Positions 9,069 to 20,096 of a stretch of 64,000 bases of DNA are shown here, in pieces. The DNA lies in the IMG/VR virus record IMGVR_UViG_3300035181_001055, positions 32,001-96,000 of that record; one strand, 5' to 3'. Positions within the stretch are counted from its first letter, which is position 1. The number at the start of each line of letters is the position of its first letter. The DNA comes from a virus. Made by a program: the position numbers and the translations under genes. Under the pieces are notes generated by a model. The model made no database searches. It was not told the DNA's origin and saw only the letters and a list, made by a program, of their open reading frames with translations.

Positions 9069-10883
9069 ATGAAATCATTTCCCATAGATGGTTTGGATTT
9101 CGACGAAATAAAATCAAATTTCATCGAATTTCTTAAACAAGACGCAGCGTACAAAGATTACAATTTTGACGCTAGCGGAATAAGTTCTCTTATTAACATC
9201 TTCGCCTACAATGCGCATTACATTGGATACTACGTGAAAATGCTTTTGAATGAGAGCTTCATTGATAGCGCAACACAGCGCGAAACATTGCTTAGCAAAG
9301 CGAAGTTGAATGGGTATATCCCGAAAGGTGTAAGAAGCGCTAGAGCTCGTGTCATTCTGACATGCGACGCTGATATCTCGCAAGATCCTGAGAAAAAAAG
9401 CGTCATAATCCCTCGAGGGAGCTATTTCTCAGGTGCAAATACAAATAATGATAGCAGAACATTCTATGTAATCGACGATGTTATATGTTACAATAGAGAA
9501 GAATATAATGGCCCTAATAATGTTCGATTCGTTCGCTATACTTCTCCTGAATTCACTGTTTATGAAGGAGTGATGAAAAAATGGAGATTCGTAGTAAATT
9601 CGTCAGAAATCAATCAGCGATTTATCATAAAAGACGCAACAGTTGATATTGACACACTTCGAATAGACGTATATAATGATTCAAATAGCACAGAAAAAAC
9701 AGAATTCAAGTTAGCTAGCAATCTTTTTGATTTGCAACCTGATAGTAAAGTTTTCTATATAAGCACCAATGAAGACGGTTACTACGAAATATTTTTCGGT
9801 AATGATCAATTTGGAGCTAAATTAGGAAACGGAAATATGATTGAAGCCAGCTACCTTAGCTCAAAAGGAGAATCTGGCAATGGATGCAAAACCATGACGT
9901 ATGTTCAGCCGCCACAGTCCATATACACTAGAAATACCACTGCATTCTTTTCCATATTCTCAACCAATGTGACAGAAGTTAGTAATGGTGGTATGGATGA
10001 AGAAACCATAGATGATTTAAGATTCAATATACCAAATCATTACCGTCGTCAGAATAGAATTGTAACTGAAAGTGATTATAGAAGTATATTGTTAAATGAG
10101 TTTAGAAATATTGATAGCATAAATGTGTGGGGTGGCGAAAAAAATTATACACGAGAATATGGAACTGTTTTTATTTGCATAAAACCAAAGTACGGATTGA
10201 CTCTAAGCGGCTACGCTCGAGAGGAAATTGAGCAGATACTAACGAAATATGGCGTTGTAGGAATTCAGCAAAAGATTGTTGATCCAGAATATTTGAAATT
10301 GGATATAAACCTATTTGTAAAGTATAACTCATCAGTCACGTATAAAAGCATAGGTGAAATCGAAAGTCTGGTATATGATATGGCTGTATCATATGGAAAA
10401 GAAAAACTCGATAAGTTTGACGCAGGGTTAAGTGAAGTTGACTTCTTGGACTATATTCGTCAAAGCGAGCCATCAATAACGAGAATTTACAGCACGAAAA
10501 CGATGTCTAAAGACGTTACAATCATATATCGTGCATCAACTGAACATATAGTTATTTTTGGAAACAAGATTGTTCAAGGAAGTTTGAAGAGCTCAGTGTT
10601 TACTTACGGAATGAACAAATGCAGTATATCTGATGACGGGAGCGGCAGTCTTTGGGTGATGAGCAACGGAGATAAGCTGATTAATAAACCGATCGGGACA
10701 ATTGATTATGAAAACGGGATCGTTAAATTTATACTTGACATCGACATTATTAGCGACACCGATTACAATAAAACTAGAGGGTTGATTGAGTTCACAGCAA
10801 ATCCAGCTCTAAATGATATCGATACTTATTTGAATAATATAATCATATTCAACAATGTCAATGTGAATGTAACTTATGCGTAA
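9069..10883 (+). CDS. gp6: Baseplate wedge subunit gp6
   Basis: LDFDEIKSNFIEFLK...YKDYNFDASG.S.L..IFAYN.HY...NESFIDSA..R and QNRIVTESDY...NVWGGE are gp6 signatures. Confidence 0.92.
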   Translation: MKSFPIDGLDFDEIKSNFIEFLKQDAAYKDYNFDASGISSLINIFAYNAHYIGYYVKMLLNESFIDSATQRETLLSKAKLNGYIPKGVRSARARVILTCDADISQDPEKKSVIIPRGSYFSGANTNNDSRTFYVIDDVICYNREEYNGPNNVRFVRYTSPEFTVYEGVMKKWRFVVNSSEINQRFIIKDATVDIDTLRIDVYNDSNSTEKTEFKLASNLFDLQPDSKVFYISTNEDGYYEIFFGNDQFGAKLGNGNMIEASYLSSKGESGNGCKTMTYVQPPQSIYTRNTTAFFSIFSTNVTEVSNGGMDEETIDDLRFNIPNHYRRQNRIVTESDYRSILLNEFRNIDSINVWGGEKNYTREYGTVFICIKPKYGLTLSGYAREEIEQILTKYGVVGIQQKIVDPEYLKLDINLFVKYNSSVTYKSIGEIESLVYDMAVSYGKEKLDKFDAGLSEVDFLDYIRQSEPSITRIYSTKTMSKDVTIIYRASTEHIVIFGNKIVQGSLKSSVFTYGMNKCSISDDGSGSLWVMSNGDKLINKPIGTIDYENGIVKFILDIDIISDTDYNKTRGLIEFTANPALNDIDTYLNNIIIFNNVNVNVTYA

Positions 10884-12504
10884 TCCATTATACCCTAAGA
10901 TAGAAAGCAGAATTCCTAATTTTATAACAGAGGAATATCCTGCTGCGCATAAATTAATAGTCGATTTTTACAAATGGCTGGAAGAAGACGAAAATTTCGT
11001 TCGCGTCCTAACAGAATTTAGAGAAGGCCAGGAAGTAAACAATCAAATCGAGCCTTACATTGACTATATCATATCTGAGCTAGGATGGATATTTGATCGC
11101 CCGTTAACTATTAGCAAAAGCGCATTAGTTTCATCGCTAAGAGATTTCTATCTGAGTAGAGGAAATGAAAATAGTTTCAAATACCTTTTCAGGGTTTTAT
11201 TTGGAGAAGAAGTAAGCATAAATTACCCAAGAAATCGACTATTCACTCTAAGTGATGCTAACTACAGCATAGATCATTGGATTTTGACATCCGCAAATAA
11301 TCTCGGAACTGCTTTGTTTGATGAAATTGTCGGAGGAGACTCATTAAGCATAACGGTAACAGGTATGAGAAGCGGCACATCGCTTTCAATAGAGAAAGTA
11401 ATTCCGTTCATATATGACAGCAAACAGTATTTGAAAATAATGGTCAATGAAACAAACCTAGATTTCATACCAAATGAAACCGTCGAAATATCTAATGGCG
11501 AAAACTATGTTCTTGAAACAATTTTTGCATGCACAAAAATAAACATCAAGAACTCTGGCACTTTGTATAATCCAGGAGATATTATTTCAGTTCAAGGATC
11601 AGAGATAAAAGGATTTGCTAAAGTAAAGAGCATCTATGGAGGCGGAATATCAAGCGTCTCAATCATTAACCCAGGGTCAGGCTATACTGTAGGCGATCAA
11701 ATAAAAACCAGTTTCGTTGAAGAAGGATGGGGATTCTTCGCGACTGTCAGTGAAGTTGGAGCTAATGGCGAAATACAAGACGTAAAAATATGGAGTCCTG
11801 GCTACGATTATGTCAAGATACCAATTTTAACAATAACGTCGTTAGGCGGTCATGGCGCTTCTATTTCAGCTCATAGCGAAAATATCGGCGGAATAAAAAC
11901 AGCAGATATAATCGATCAATATTGGAAATATAACATACCAAATCCAACAGCTGTAGTTAATAGCGCAACTGGAACAGGAGCAGAAATAGATGTTGACATA
12001 AGCGGTTGTGTGAGCAGAGACACATCATCATATAAGAATACTAATGGATTTCTAGAAACTAACTGTATACTACATGATAGCGATTATTTCCAAAATTTCT
12101 CATATGAAGTTCATAGCAAAGTTGCGTCTGTAAGGTTCAATGATGCAGTAGATGACTTGCTGCACCCAGTAGGTTATAAGAGATACAATGTTTATCTGGA
12201 CGAATTATCAATCGCATTCCCGCAAATTGAAGGGTTTAGCGAAATCATAATAATCAAGAATCTCACACTGCCTTCTCTAAATACACAGGCTCCTCAATCT
12301 TATCTATATGATTGGGCATTTATTGACCAATCGAAGAAAAGCACAATTTTCAGCATAAATAATCTAGAGATGTTGAAATTTTCACCGAATCTAACTTATC
12401 AAAATAGCAATTTCGGTTCATTGACAACAGATGTATTCAACGTGCGGAATGACACAGTTGAATCTAGAACTATTGATCCTGAAATTTCTATCACAACGGT
12501 CTGA
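10876..12504 (+). CDS. gp7: Baseplate wedge initiator gp7-like
   Basis: IESRIPNFITEEYP....DFYKWLE, DFYLSRG.E.SFKYLFRVLFGEEV.I.YP and LHDSDYFQNFSYEV.S...LLHPVG, located between gp6 and gp8. Confidence 0.75.
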   Translation: MRNPLYPKIESRIPNFITEEYPAAHKLIVDFYKWLEEDENFVRVLTEFREGQEVNNQIEPYIDYIISELGWIFDRPLTISKSALVSSLRDFYLSRGNENSFKYLFRVLFGEEVSINYPRNRLFTLSDANYSIDHWILTSANNLGTALFDEIVGGDSLSITVTGMRSGTSLSIEKVIPFIYDSKQYLKIMVNETNLDFIPNETVEISNGENYVLETIFACTKINIKNSGTLYNPGDIISVQGSEIKGFAKVKSIYGGGISSVSIINPGSGYTVGDQIKTSFVEEGWGFFATVSEVGANGEIQDVKIWSPGYDYVKIPILTITSLGGHGASISAHSENIGGIKTADIIDQYWKYNIPNPTAVVNSATGTGAEIDVDISGCVSRDTSSYKNTNGFLETNCILHDSDYFQNFSYEVHSKVASVRFNDAVDDLLHPVGYKRYNVYLDELSIAFPQIEGFSEIIIIKNLTLPSLNTQAPQSYLYDWAFIDQSKKSTIFSINNLEMLKFSPNLTYQNSNFGSLTTDVFNVRNDTVESRTIDPEISITTV

Positions 12505-12512
12505 GGGACATT

Positions 12513-14072
12513 ATGCCAGCAAAATTTAGTCAAAATATTCGTAGTTTTACAAGCAACAGCTTTTTGAATTCCCTGCGCTCTAAAAAGCCAGACGCATGGG
12601 CTTCAGGTATGACGGTGACTGCTGGAAAAGTAGTCTATTACGACAAAGCAAAGTATGCAGCTACAACTTCAGGGATAACAGGCGGGAATCCCCCAACACA
12701 TCTTAGCGGCATTCAAAGCGACGGCGGCGTTAATTGGGTCTTTGTTGAAGCTATGCCATTCAATAATAGCTTCCAGGGCAATCTATATTTGTTCACTGGC
12801 AAGAAAACCGCATGGCAAGATGAAAATAACCCACCAATTCCTGTAACAACTGATGCGCAAGATTACACAACACTAAATGATATCATTGGACTAAAAGGAA
12901 TTTCGAGCGATAATATCAAATTGGGCGTTGCTAGAAATAACTGGACAAGTGGAGCTGTATACTCACAGTATGACAGTAACAAAGATCCTTTCGATCCTAC
13001 AGCATATACCAATCCATTTTTCGTTGTCACCGATGAGCTCAACATTTACAAATGTCTAAACAATAATAACAATTCGCCATCAACAAGCAAACCGACTGGC
13101 ACTAGCACTTCGATTATAAACCTTTCTGACGGATACTCATGGAAGTACATGGGATCTGTTAGCAGCCAAGATGCTGCTAATTTCTTAACAAGCGATTTCA
13201 TCCCTATTGAATACAAATCATATGACGATGGCTCTGAACAATGGAATGTACAGCAAACCGCAAAAGTAAAGAGTATTAGCACTTTCAAAATTCTATTGCA
13301 AACAGGGACTTTTTCCTCTCCAGTTGTAACTGTTGTAGGCGCAGGGAGCAACGCGAATGCATTCGCAACTAAAACACCAACAAATACAATTAATCAAGTC
13401 TTGCTAACTGATCCTGGAAGCGGGTACGACTCTGAGACTTATGCAGTTGTTGAAGAAAGCGGCTCTAGTGGGTCAGGTGCAATTGTAACAGTTTCGGCGA
13501 TAGATCCCACCACTGGAGCAATCCAAACATTCACTGTCAACAATCCAGGCAGCGGCTATACAAACGGAGCCATCGCTTTAATCACAGGTGATGGGACTGG
13601 CGCGACAGCAACAGCGACAGTTGCCGCTGACGGATCTATTCAATCCGTTAATATAACAAATGGCGGCACTGGTTATACAACAGCTAAAGTGTGGATCATC
13701 CCTGGGAGCGCAGGAGCTGTTGCGAAAGCAGTTTTGGCGCCAATGAATGGGCATGGTAGCAATATCACATGTGAACTAGGAGCATCAACAGCTATCATTA
13801 GTGCAACTCTCGAGAGCGACAGCCCTTATTTCCCAAACGGAGCTTCGAACGCATTTCGTCAAATAGGTATCATAACTGATATTGAGGATTCTTCTGGATT
13901 CGCATACTCTCCTTACTACATAGGACCAGCTCATCCTGATTTCACAAATAACTCTAGCACTCTAAATAAAATTGTTGCTGGGAAAGGGTATATCATTTAC
14001 TTGAGCAATATTATGAGCGTTACTCGAACAGACGGGCAAGAAGAGCATATAAAAGTTGCAATTGTATTCTGA
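12513..14072 (+). CDS. gp8: Baseplate wedge subunit gp8
   Basis: LYLFTGK..AW.DE.NPP.P, NW.SG.VY.QYD, FFVVTDELNIYKCLNNN, KPTGTS...LSDGYSWKYM and FRQIGII. Confidence 0.88.
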   Translation: MPAKFSQNIRSFTSNSFLNSLRSKKPDAWASGMTVTAGKVVYYDKAKYAATTSGITGGNPPTHLSGIQSDGGVNWVFVEAMPFNNSFQGNLYLFTGKKTAWQDENNPPIPVTTDAQDYTTLNDIIGLKGISSDNIKLGVARNNWTSGAVYSQYDSNKDPFDPTAYTNPFFVVTDELNIYKCLNNNNNSPSTSKPTGTSTSIINLSDGYSWKYMGSVSSQDAANFLTSDFIPIEYKSYDDGSEQWNVQQTAKVKSISTFKILLQTGTFSSPVVTVVGAGSNANAFATKTPTNTINQVLLTDPGSGYDSETYAVVEESGSSGSGAIVTVSAIDPTTGAIQTFTVNNPGSGYTNGAIALITGDGTGATATATVAADGSIQSVNITNGGTGYTTAKVWIIPGSAGAVAKAVLAPMNGHGSNITCELGASTAIISATLESDSPYFPNGASNAFRQIGIITDIEDSSGFAYSPYYIGPAHPDFTNNSSTLNKIVAGKGYIIYLSNIMSVTRTDGQEEHIKVAIVF

Positions 14073-14112
14073 GAATAAATAAAATCAAAGTATTTCAGAA
14101 AGTCAGTCAATT

Positions 14113-17100
14113 ATGTCAATAAACGTTAACAAACAACCTTATTTCGATGATTTCGACGGCAACAAGAATTTTGTTAGCATTCTTTTTAAGCCGTCGAAGC
14201 CAGTGCAAACGCGCGAGTTGAATCAAATTCAAAGCATACAACATCATCAGCTCGAAAGATTTGCTGACCATGTTTTCAAGCACGGAGCTCTAATTAACGG
14301 GAATGCCCCTAAGAAGCTCGATACACCTTATGTTACGTTAGAAGCGAATAGCCCGTGGGACAACTCTCCTCTGAACCTCGATAGACTAAACGGAAAAGTT
14401 CTTAGAGGAAGAACTAGCCAAATCGAGGCGATTTTGGTCAAATCTGTCCCGATGACAGGCAATGACCCGAATACAATATATGTCAATTACACTCTAACTG
14501 CAGTTGACCAAAAAACGCATGTTTTCTTGAATGGAGAAGTAATCGACATCGTTGATAATAACGGCATTGTCACATATAGCTGTAAAGTTCGTTGCCCAAC
14601 GTGTGCAGGAAGCAATGATCCTCTTGCAAATTTGCCACCTACTGGAAAAGGGACTCTATGGAGCATACCTGAAAGCACTTACTATGTTAGCGGATATTTC
14701 GTCGATGTTGGACCCGACATCTTAGTAGCGGAAAAATACTCAACCGATAAAGAAAGTTATACTATCGGGTTTGACGTAGTTTTCGATATCGTAACAGCTG
14801 ACGACGATCCTAGTCTATATGATAATGCGCTAGGTTATCCGAATTATTCTGCTAGCGGTGCAGATCGAGCGAGAATTCGTTTGATTCCTGCTGTTCGTTC
14901 AACTAATTATTCAGACGGAGAAAATTTCGTAACGCTTGCTCGAGTCATTAAAGGCATTACCCAATATGTTACAACGAAAACAGATTATGCTGCTCTCATG
15001 GACACGCTTGCCGAAAGAACTTACGACCAAAGTGGGAATTATACTGTAATACCATTCCAAGTAAAATTCTTTGAGCATCTTAAAAAGAGCGCTGACGACC
15101 CTAACGGATATTTCACCGTCGACGAAGGTGGGAATGATAATTTGATGGTTGGAATCGTTAGCCCTGGGAAAGCGTATGTAAAAGGCTATCAAGTAGAACG
15201 AATTTCAGAGTCAATGGTTTTTCTTGACAAGGCAAGAGAAACGAAGAAGCTTCGCAATCAATTCAATAGATTCAGCAGTCTAAACTATGTACTTGTAACC
15301 CTTGACAATAATAGCTCATTTGCTCCAATTGGGTTATCAGGGTCTGGAATTTTCACTAATGAATCTGTTGATCTTTATGATGGAGCTATAAGCGGAAATC
15401 TCCCTACAGGAGCCATCATCGGAAAAATGAAAGTTTATGATGTTGAATATGATTCAACTGTAAGCGGCGTCGATCGTTATCGTCTATATGTCGCTAATAT
15501 TAGTATGAATCCAACAAAGACATATGACATGGTCAAGAGTCTCCATTATACAGGGGCAGTTTATTTTGCAGCATCAACTGTAAATGATGATTTGACAAAT
15601 AACCCCAAAATTTACAATAGTAACTCAACAGCTCTTATTTGGGATATTGGATGCTCTAATGTCAAGAGCTTGCATGACGCTGACAACCCAACAGTTAGCA
15701 GCATAAGTTATACGAGACGTCAGAAATTTAGCGCAACTCTAGATTCATCAGGAAGCTATACATTCAATGCAGGAACAAATGAAGTTTTTGATTCAGCTAA
15801 TCCGACGTATACTCTGTGCGGCGTAGTTGGAAGCAACGGCGCATTTACGAAACTCCCGCTATCAAATCTAACGATAACACCGAGTTCTATTCAAATCAAT
15901 GCCCCTTCGTATGCAGGAAAGACTTTTATACTATTCCATGGCGTCATAACCAGCAATGCAATTGAAAAGACAAAAACGCTGGTTAATAAAGTTGACACGG
16001 GGTTGCATCTAATTCAAGGGGCATTAACTCTGACGAAATCAGACCTATTCAAGTTGACAAGCATAACTACTTACAATCCAAATTCGCCTAACAATAAGAC
16101 AGATGTCACTAATTATTTTACATGGACAACGGGGCAAACCGACGATGCTTATGTGCCTATCGTTGCTACAGCAAATTCAAACGCTCCTAGTTGGGACGCT
16201 AACAATAGATTTGAAGTGACTTATACTTACTACGAACACAGCCCAGGCGATTTCTTTATTGTTGACAGCTACAGAAATATCATCGACGATACAAGCACAG
16301 AATACGGATACGAGGATATCCCTTACTATAAGTCATCATCTGGCGTAACATACGACATGAGGACATCATTTGATTTCCGCCCTCTAATTCTAGACACATC
16401 GCCAGTCGACGCAAAACAGCCTTCATTTAACGGCATCTATAAGGCGGACATTGAATATTATCTCCCGCGTATTGACATGATCGTCATTAACAAAGATGGC
16501 GACATTTTTCAGAAAAAAGGCATTAGTAGCGAATCTCCTGTTCCGCCAAGAATCGAAAGCGGAGACGAAATGGCGATTTACCAAGTTAATATGAAGCCTT
16601 TCGTGTATGATATCAAAAAAGATGTGACAATAAAGTTTATTGAGAATAAACGCTATACGATGCGCGACATTGGTCGGATAGAAGAGCGCATATCAAATAT
16701 TGAGTATCAGACTGTATTCTCTCTCTTAGAGAAACAATCAGCCGATATGTCTATTAAAGACGCAAATGGATTTGATAGATTCAAAAACGGATTCATTGTC
16801 GACAACTTCATGAATTATCAAGCTGCTGATTTAGGCAGCAATGAGTTCAGGGCAGCTCTCGACAGAAAAGCAGCAGAACTTCGCCCATCGTACACTATGT
16901 TCAATACAAAATTTGATCTCGATGAAGCTGTCACTAAAAATGCCAGAGTTCTAGGCACGATAGCATTGATTGATTACGATAGCGTAACTTTGAACGGCCA
17001 GCCATATGCAAGTAAACATATTTCTGTCAACCCATACTCAATATATGAGAAAAAAGGAAAAATGGTCTTGTCGCCAAACAATGATAGCTGGTGCGACGTT

Positions 17101-19899
17101 AATCGTGAACCTAATATGGTTGTCAGCGTTGATACTGGCATCGACGCTATCAATAAGATAGCTCAAAAATCTGGAGTCTTAGGAACGGAATGGGGCGCCT
17201 GGGGCGTGATGAACACGACTATTAGTAGTCGCACAACCTCTGAGCCATGGTCCTCGTCGTCTACAAAAAACTGGACATCTTCATCCATCACAGGAAGTTG
17301 GTCAAATGGCAGCATTGGCGGATATTCTGTACATAATATCGGAGGAACAACGACAACTACAGTTGGAGGGACGCAGACAACTACAGTCACAACAACAACT
17401 CAAGTTCTGAAACGTGACGGCATTCGCACTACATTTGATACGAGAACAAGAGCGTATGATTTAGGAGACAGAGTAACCGATATCAACATTATACCTTATA
17501 TGAGGTCTATAAATGTTGAGTTTCACGCCACTGGAATGAAACCCAATACGAGACTCTATGCTTTCTTTGACGGCGTCGATGTCACAAGCGATTGCAGACC
17601 TCTTTCGAACGGGTCTGAATACGGAAGCAGCTTGGTTGTTGACAGTGACGGGAATGTGTCTGGTGTATTCAGAATCCCTAGCGGTCGTTTCTTCAATGGG
17701 CAGAAAACATTCAGATTAACTAACGATCCTAAGGATAGCCGCGACCCTGATTTGCTAATGACAAGCGCAGAAGCAATTTACTGGGCTGGAGGCGTTGATA
17801 TTAGCAAACAATCAACAACAATGAATGTCATAACGCCGACATTCGTTGACACTGCGGTTTCTGAAACAACTCAGAACGTAAACACAACAGTAAGCACTGC
17901 AAGATCTCAAAATTGGAGCGTAACATCATCAGCAATAGATTGGCAAAATTCCACACAAGTAACGAAACGGACACCGCCTCCTCCGCCTCCTCCGCCTCCA
18001 GCCGTATACCCGCATCCTGGTTTCATTCTTCCTCCGCAGCAGCCGCTACCGATTTCGATCCAGTATTCAATGTTTAGGTGCGCCGACCCGCTAGCACAGA
18101 CATTCCACATTGATGCTGATTGCTTTATAACTGAAGTTGATTTATGGTTCCATTCAGTTTCTGAATCTGATGTCATTTTTGTTCAGATAAAGAACACAGA
18201 GAATGGGTACCCAGGAGAAGTTGTCTTAGGAGAAACTATACTGAATTGGGATAAAATTAATGCAGATACTTCTGGAGTTGCCTCAACTCGTGTAACATTC
18301 CCCTATCCGATTTTTGTCGAAGGTGGGAAAGACTACGCGCTCATAGTCGGCGGAAACACCCCTGATACTAGAGTTTGGATTTCTGTTCTAGGCCAAGAAG
18401 ATGTCACGAGACCAGGATTCATAATTGACAAGCAACCTTCTCTCGGATCTCTTTTCAAATCTCAGAACAACTCAACTTGGACCGCGAGTCAGGATGAGGA
18501 TTTGAAATATGCCATGTATTGTGCATACTTCAAATATGATGAAATGACTCTTGGTCTCAAGAATTCAAAACTACTAGACGAAACTATTGTTTTCAATCCA
18601 TTTGAAACACAGCAAGGAAGCCGAAAAGTTCGAGTACATGCTAATAATCACGGCGCAGCAGTTGGCGATAAAACGAACTTCAAAATTGGCGAGTTCACAT
18701 GGCTCAATGTTTCGCCTACTAGCGGTCAGTTAGTCGAAGGTCAAACGATTGTTTCTGCCACAGGGTCAGCAATAGTAAAAGAAGTTAAAACTAAACAAGA
18801 CAATACCGTCGATTGTGAGCTGTCAGAAATAAAAGGACATTTTGTAGCAGGACAATCTTTTAGCGCTCAGAGCATAACTCCTAAGTTGAATGATGAGTAC
18901 CTCATAACTAACTTCACTCAAATACCTATAAAAATAGGACCTAGCAATGTGGTGAATGGGGTAATAAACCAAGATTTCAATATAGATATAAATGGAATAC
19001 CACTTGATGAATTGAATGATGAATTGACTATTCTCGCTGTTGATAGCGCAGATAGCTTTATAGTTGAAGTTAATACGCCCGCATCATCGACTGGATTTGC
19101 TGGTGGCAATGTCATTATCAACTCGAATCAGCGCTACGAAATGTTCAACGTCAGCGGAAGCTTTATGTCAAATGGAACAGATTATTCATGGAGTTTGAGC
19201 GGCATTGGACACAAATGCAATGGCCTATTCGAATCGCAAGATTACGTTCGACTCGATCCTAAAGTATTTACATTAGGACAAGACGCATTCGTTGGTCAGC
19301 CATACAAATTCGCAAACAGCTTGAATGAAACAAGAAAGCTTGCAGGCGATTCGAGTATAAAGATAACTGGAAATTTCAAAACAAAAAATCCCTTGGTAAG
19401 TCCCGTCATTAATTTAGACACTTTCAATATGGTAGGTGTTGCAAACAGAGTCGAATTTATTGACCCTTCGTCATATTCGGTTGAGCCAAACGCTCTCAAT
19501 CAGCTGGTTCCAGAAACTGACCCGATGAACGGAAGCGAAGCATTCAAATATGTGACACGCACGCTTACACTTCAAAACCCAGCACTTGACGCAAAAATTC
19601 TAGTAGATGCATATAAGCCTGTTGATTCCGACTTTGATATATACGTGAAGGTTCTCAATCCGTGGGAGAGAGTTGACATCGATACGAAGCCGTGGATTCT
19701 AATTGAAAATGTATGGAAAGATTTCATTAGCACGAGCCTGGATGACTTCCGTGAAGTTGAATTCAATATAGCGGACTTGATGCCGACTGTTTTTGGTAGC
19801 AACGAATTCAGCTCATTTAAGGTAAAAATTGTCGGAAGAGCTAAGAACCCTGCTAATCCTCCATTGTTCAAGAACTTCCGCGCATTGGCAGTGACATGA
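14113..19899 (+). CDS. Large virion structural protein (DUF4815/VrlC-like)
   Basis: PYFDDFD..KNF..ILFKP..PVQ.RELNQIQS, PGKAYVKGY, FKNGFIVDNF and DPLAQTF, at the typical position after gp8. Confidence 0.8.
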   Translation: MSINVNKQPYFDDFDGNKNFVSILFKPSKPVQTRELNQIQSIQHHQLERFADHVFKHGALINGNAPKKLDTPYVTLEANSPWDNSPLNLDRLNGKVLRGRTSQIEAILVKSVPMTGNDPNTIYVNYTLTAVDQKTHVFLNGEVIDIVDNNGIVTYSCKVRCPTCAGSNDPLANLPPTGKGTLWSIPESTYYVSGYFVDVGPDILVAEKYSTDKESYTIGFDVVFDIVTADDDPSLYDNALGYPNYSASGADRARIRLIPAVRSTNYSDGENFVTLARVIKGITQYVTTKTDYAALMDTLAERTYDQSGNYTVIPFQVKFFEHLKKSADDPNGYFTVDEGGNDNLMVGIVSPGKAYVKGYQVERISESMVFLDKARETKKLRNQFNRFSSLNYVLVTLDNNSSFAPIGLSGSGIFTNESVDLYDGAISGNLPTGAIIGKMKVYDVEYDSTVSGVDRYRLYVANISMNPTKTYDMVKSLHYTGAVYFAASTVNDDLTNNPKIYNSNSTALIWDIGCSNVKSLHDADNPTVSSISYTRRQKFSATLDSSGSYTFNAGTNEVFDSANPTYTLCGVVGSNGAFTKLPLSNLTITPSSIQINAPSYAGKTFILFHGVITSNAIEKTKTLVNKVDTGLHLIQGALTLTKSDLFKLTSITTYNPNSPNNKTDVTNYFTWTTGQTDDAYVPIVATANSNAPSWDANNRFEVTYTYYEHSPGDFFIVDSYRNIIDDTSTEYGYEDIPYYKSSSGVTYDMRTSFDFRPLILDTSPVDAKQPSFNGIYKADIEYYLPRIDMIVINKDGDIFQKKGISSESPVPPRIESGDEMAIYQVNMKPFVYDIKKDVTIKFIENKRYTMRDIGRIEERISNIEYQTVFSLLEKQSADMSIKDANGFDRFKNGFIVDNFMNYQAADLGSNEFRAALDRKAAELRPSYTMFNTKFDLDEAVTKNARVLGTIALIDYDSVTLNGQPYASKHISVNPYSIYEKKGKMVLSPNNDSWCDVNREPNMVVSVDTGIDAINKIAQKSGVLGTEWGAWGVMNTTISSRTTSEPWSSSSTKNWTSSSITGSWSNGSIGGYSVHNIGGTTTTTVGGTQTTTVTTTTQVLKRDGIRTTFDTRTRAYDLGDRVTDINIIPYMRSINVEFHATGMKPNTRLYAFFDGVDVTSDCRPLSNGSEYGSSLVVDSDGNVSGVFRIPSGRFFNGQKTFRLTNDPKDSRDPDLLMTSAEAIYWAGGVDISKQSTTMNVITPTFVDTAVSETTQNVNTTVSTARSQNWSVTSSAIDWQNSTQVTKRTPPPPPPPPPAVYPHPGFILPPQQPLPISIQYSMFRCADPLAQTFHIDADCFITEVDLWFHSVSESDVIFVQIKNTENGYPGEVVLGETILNWDKINADTSGVASTRVTFPYPIFVEGGKDYALIVGGNTPDTRVWISVLGQEDVTRPGFIIDKQPSLGSLFKSQNNSTWTASQDEDLKYAMYCAYFKYDEMTLGLKNSKLLDETIVFNPFETQQGSRKVRVHANNHGAAVGDKTNFKIGEFTWLNVSPTSGQLVEGQTIVSATGSAIVKEVKTKQDNTVDCELSEIKGHFVAGQSFSAQSITPKLNDEYLITNFTQIPIKIGPSNVVNGVINQDFNIDINGIPLDELNDELTILAVDSADSFIVEVNTPASSTGFAGGNVIINSNQRYEMFNVSGSFMSNGTDYSWSLSGIGHKCNGLFESQDYVRLDPKVFTLGQDAFVGQPYKFANSLNETRKLAGDSSIKITGNFKTKNPLVSPVINLDTFNMVGVANRVEFIDPSSYSVEPNALNQLVPETDPMNGSEAFKYVTRTLTLQNPALDAKILVDAYKPVDSDFDIYVKVLNPWERVDIDTKPWILIENVWKDFISTSLDDFREVEFNIADLMPTVFGSNEFSSFKVKIVGRAKNPANPPLFKNFRALAVT

Positions 19900-20096
19900 G
19901 AGAAGAAGTCGTAAAAGATAACAGAGACTATGTTCGTATAGACGGCAGTTTTATTGTTAATAGAAACGATAAAGACTACCGCGCAGCTTTGTTGAGAAGA
20001 AAAACGAGCAATAGACTCGAGTCAATCGAAAAGAGAGTTGATAGTTTAGAATCTAAACTAGACCAAATCATCAAACTACTGAGCGAGAAAATCTAA
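19896..20096 (+). CDS. Small coiled-coil hypothetical protein
   Basis: ATGA-coupled to the upstream gene. RLESIEKRVDSLESKLDQIIKLL is a coiled coil commonly seen after DUF4815 genes. Confidence 0.6.
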   Translation: MREEVVKDNRDYVRIDGSFIVNRNDKDYRAALLRRKTSNRLESIEKRVDSLESKLDQIIKLLSEKI

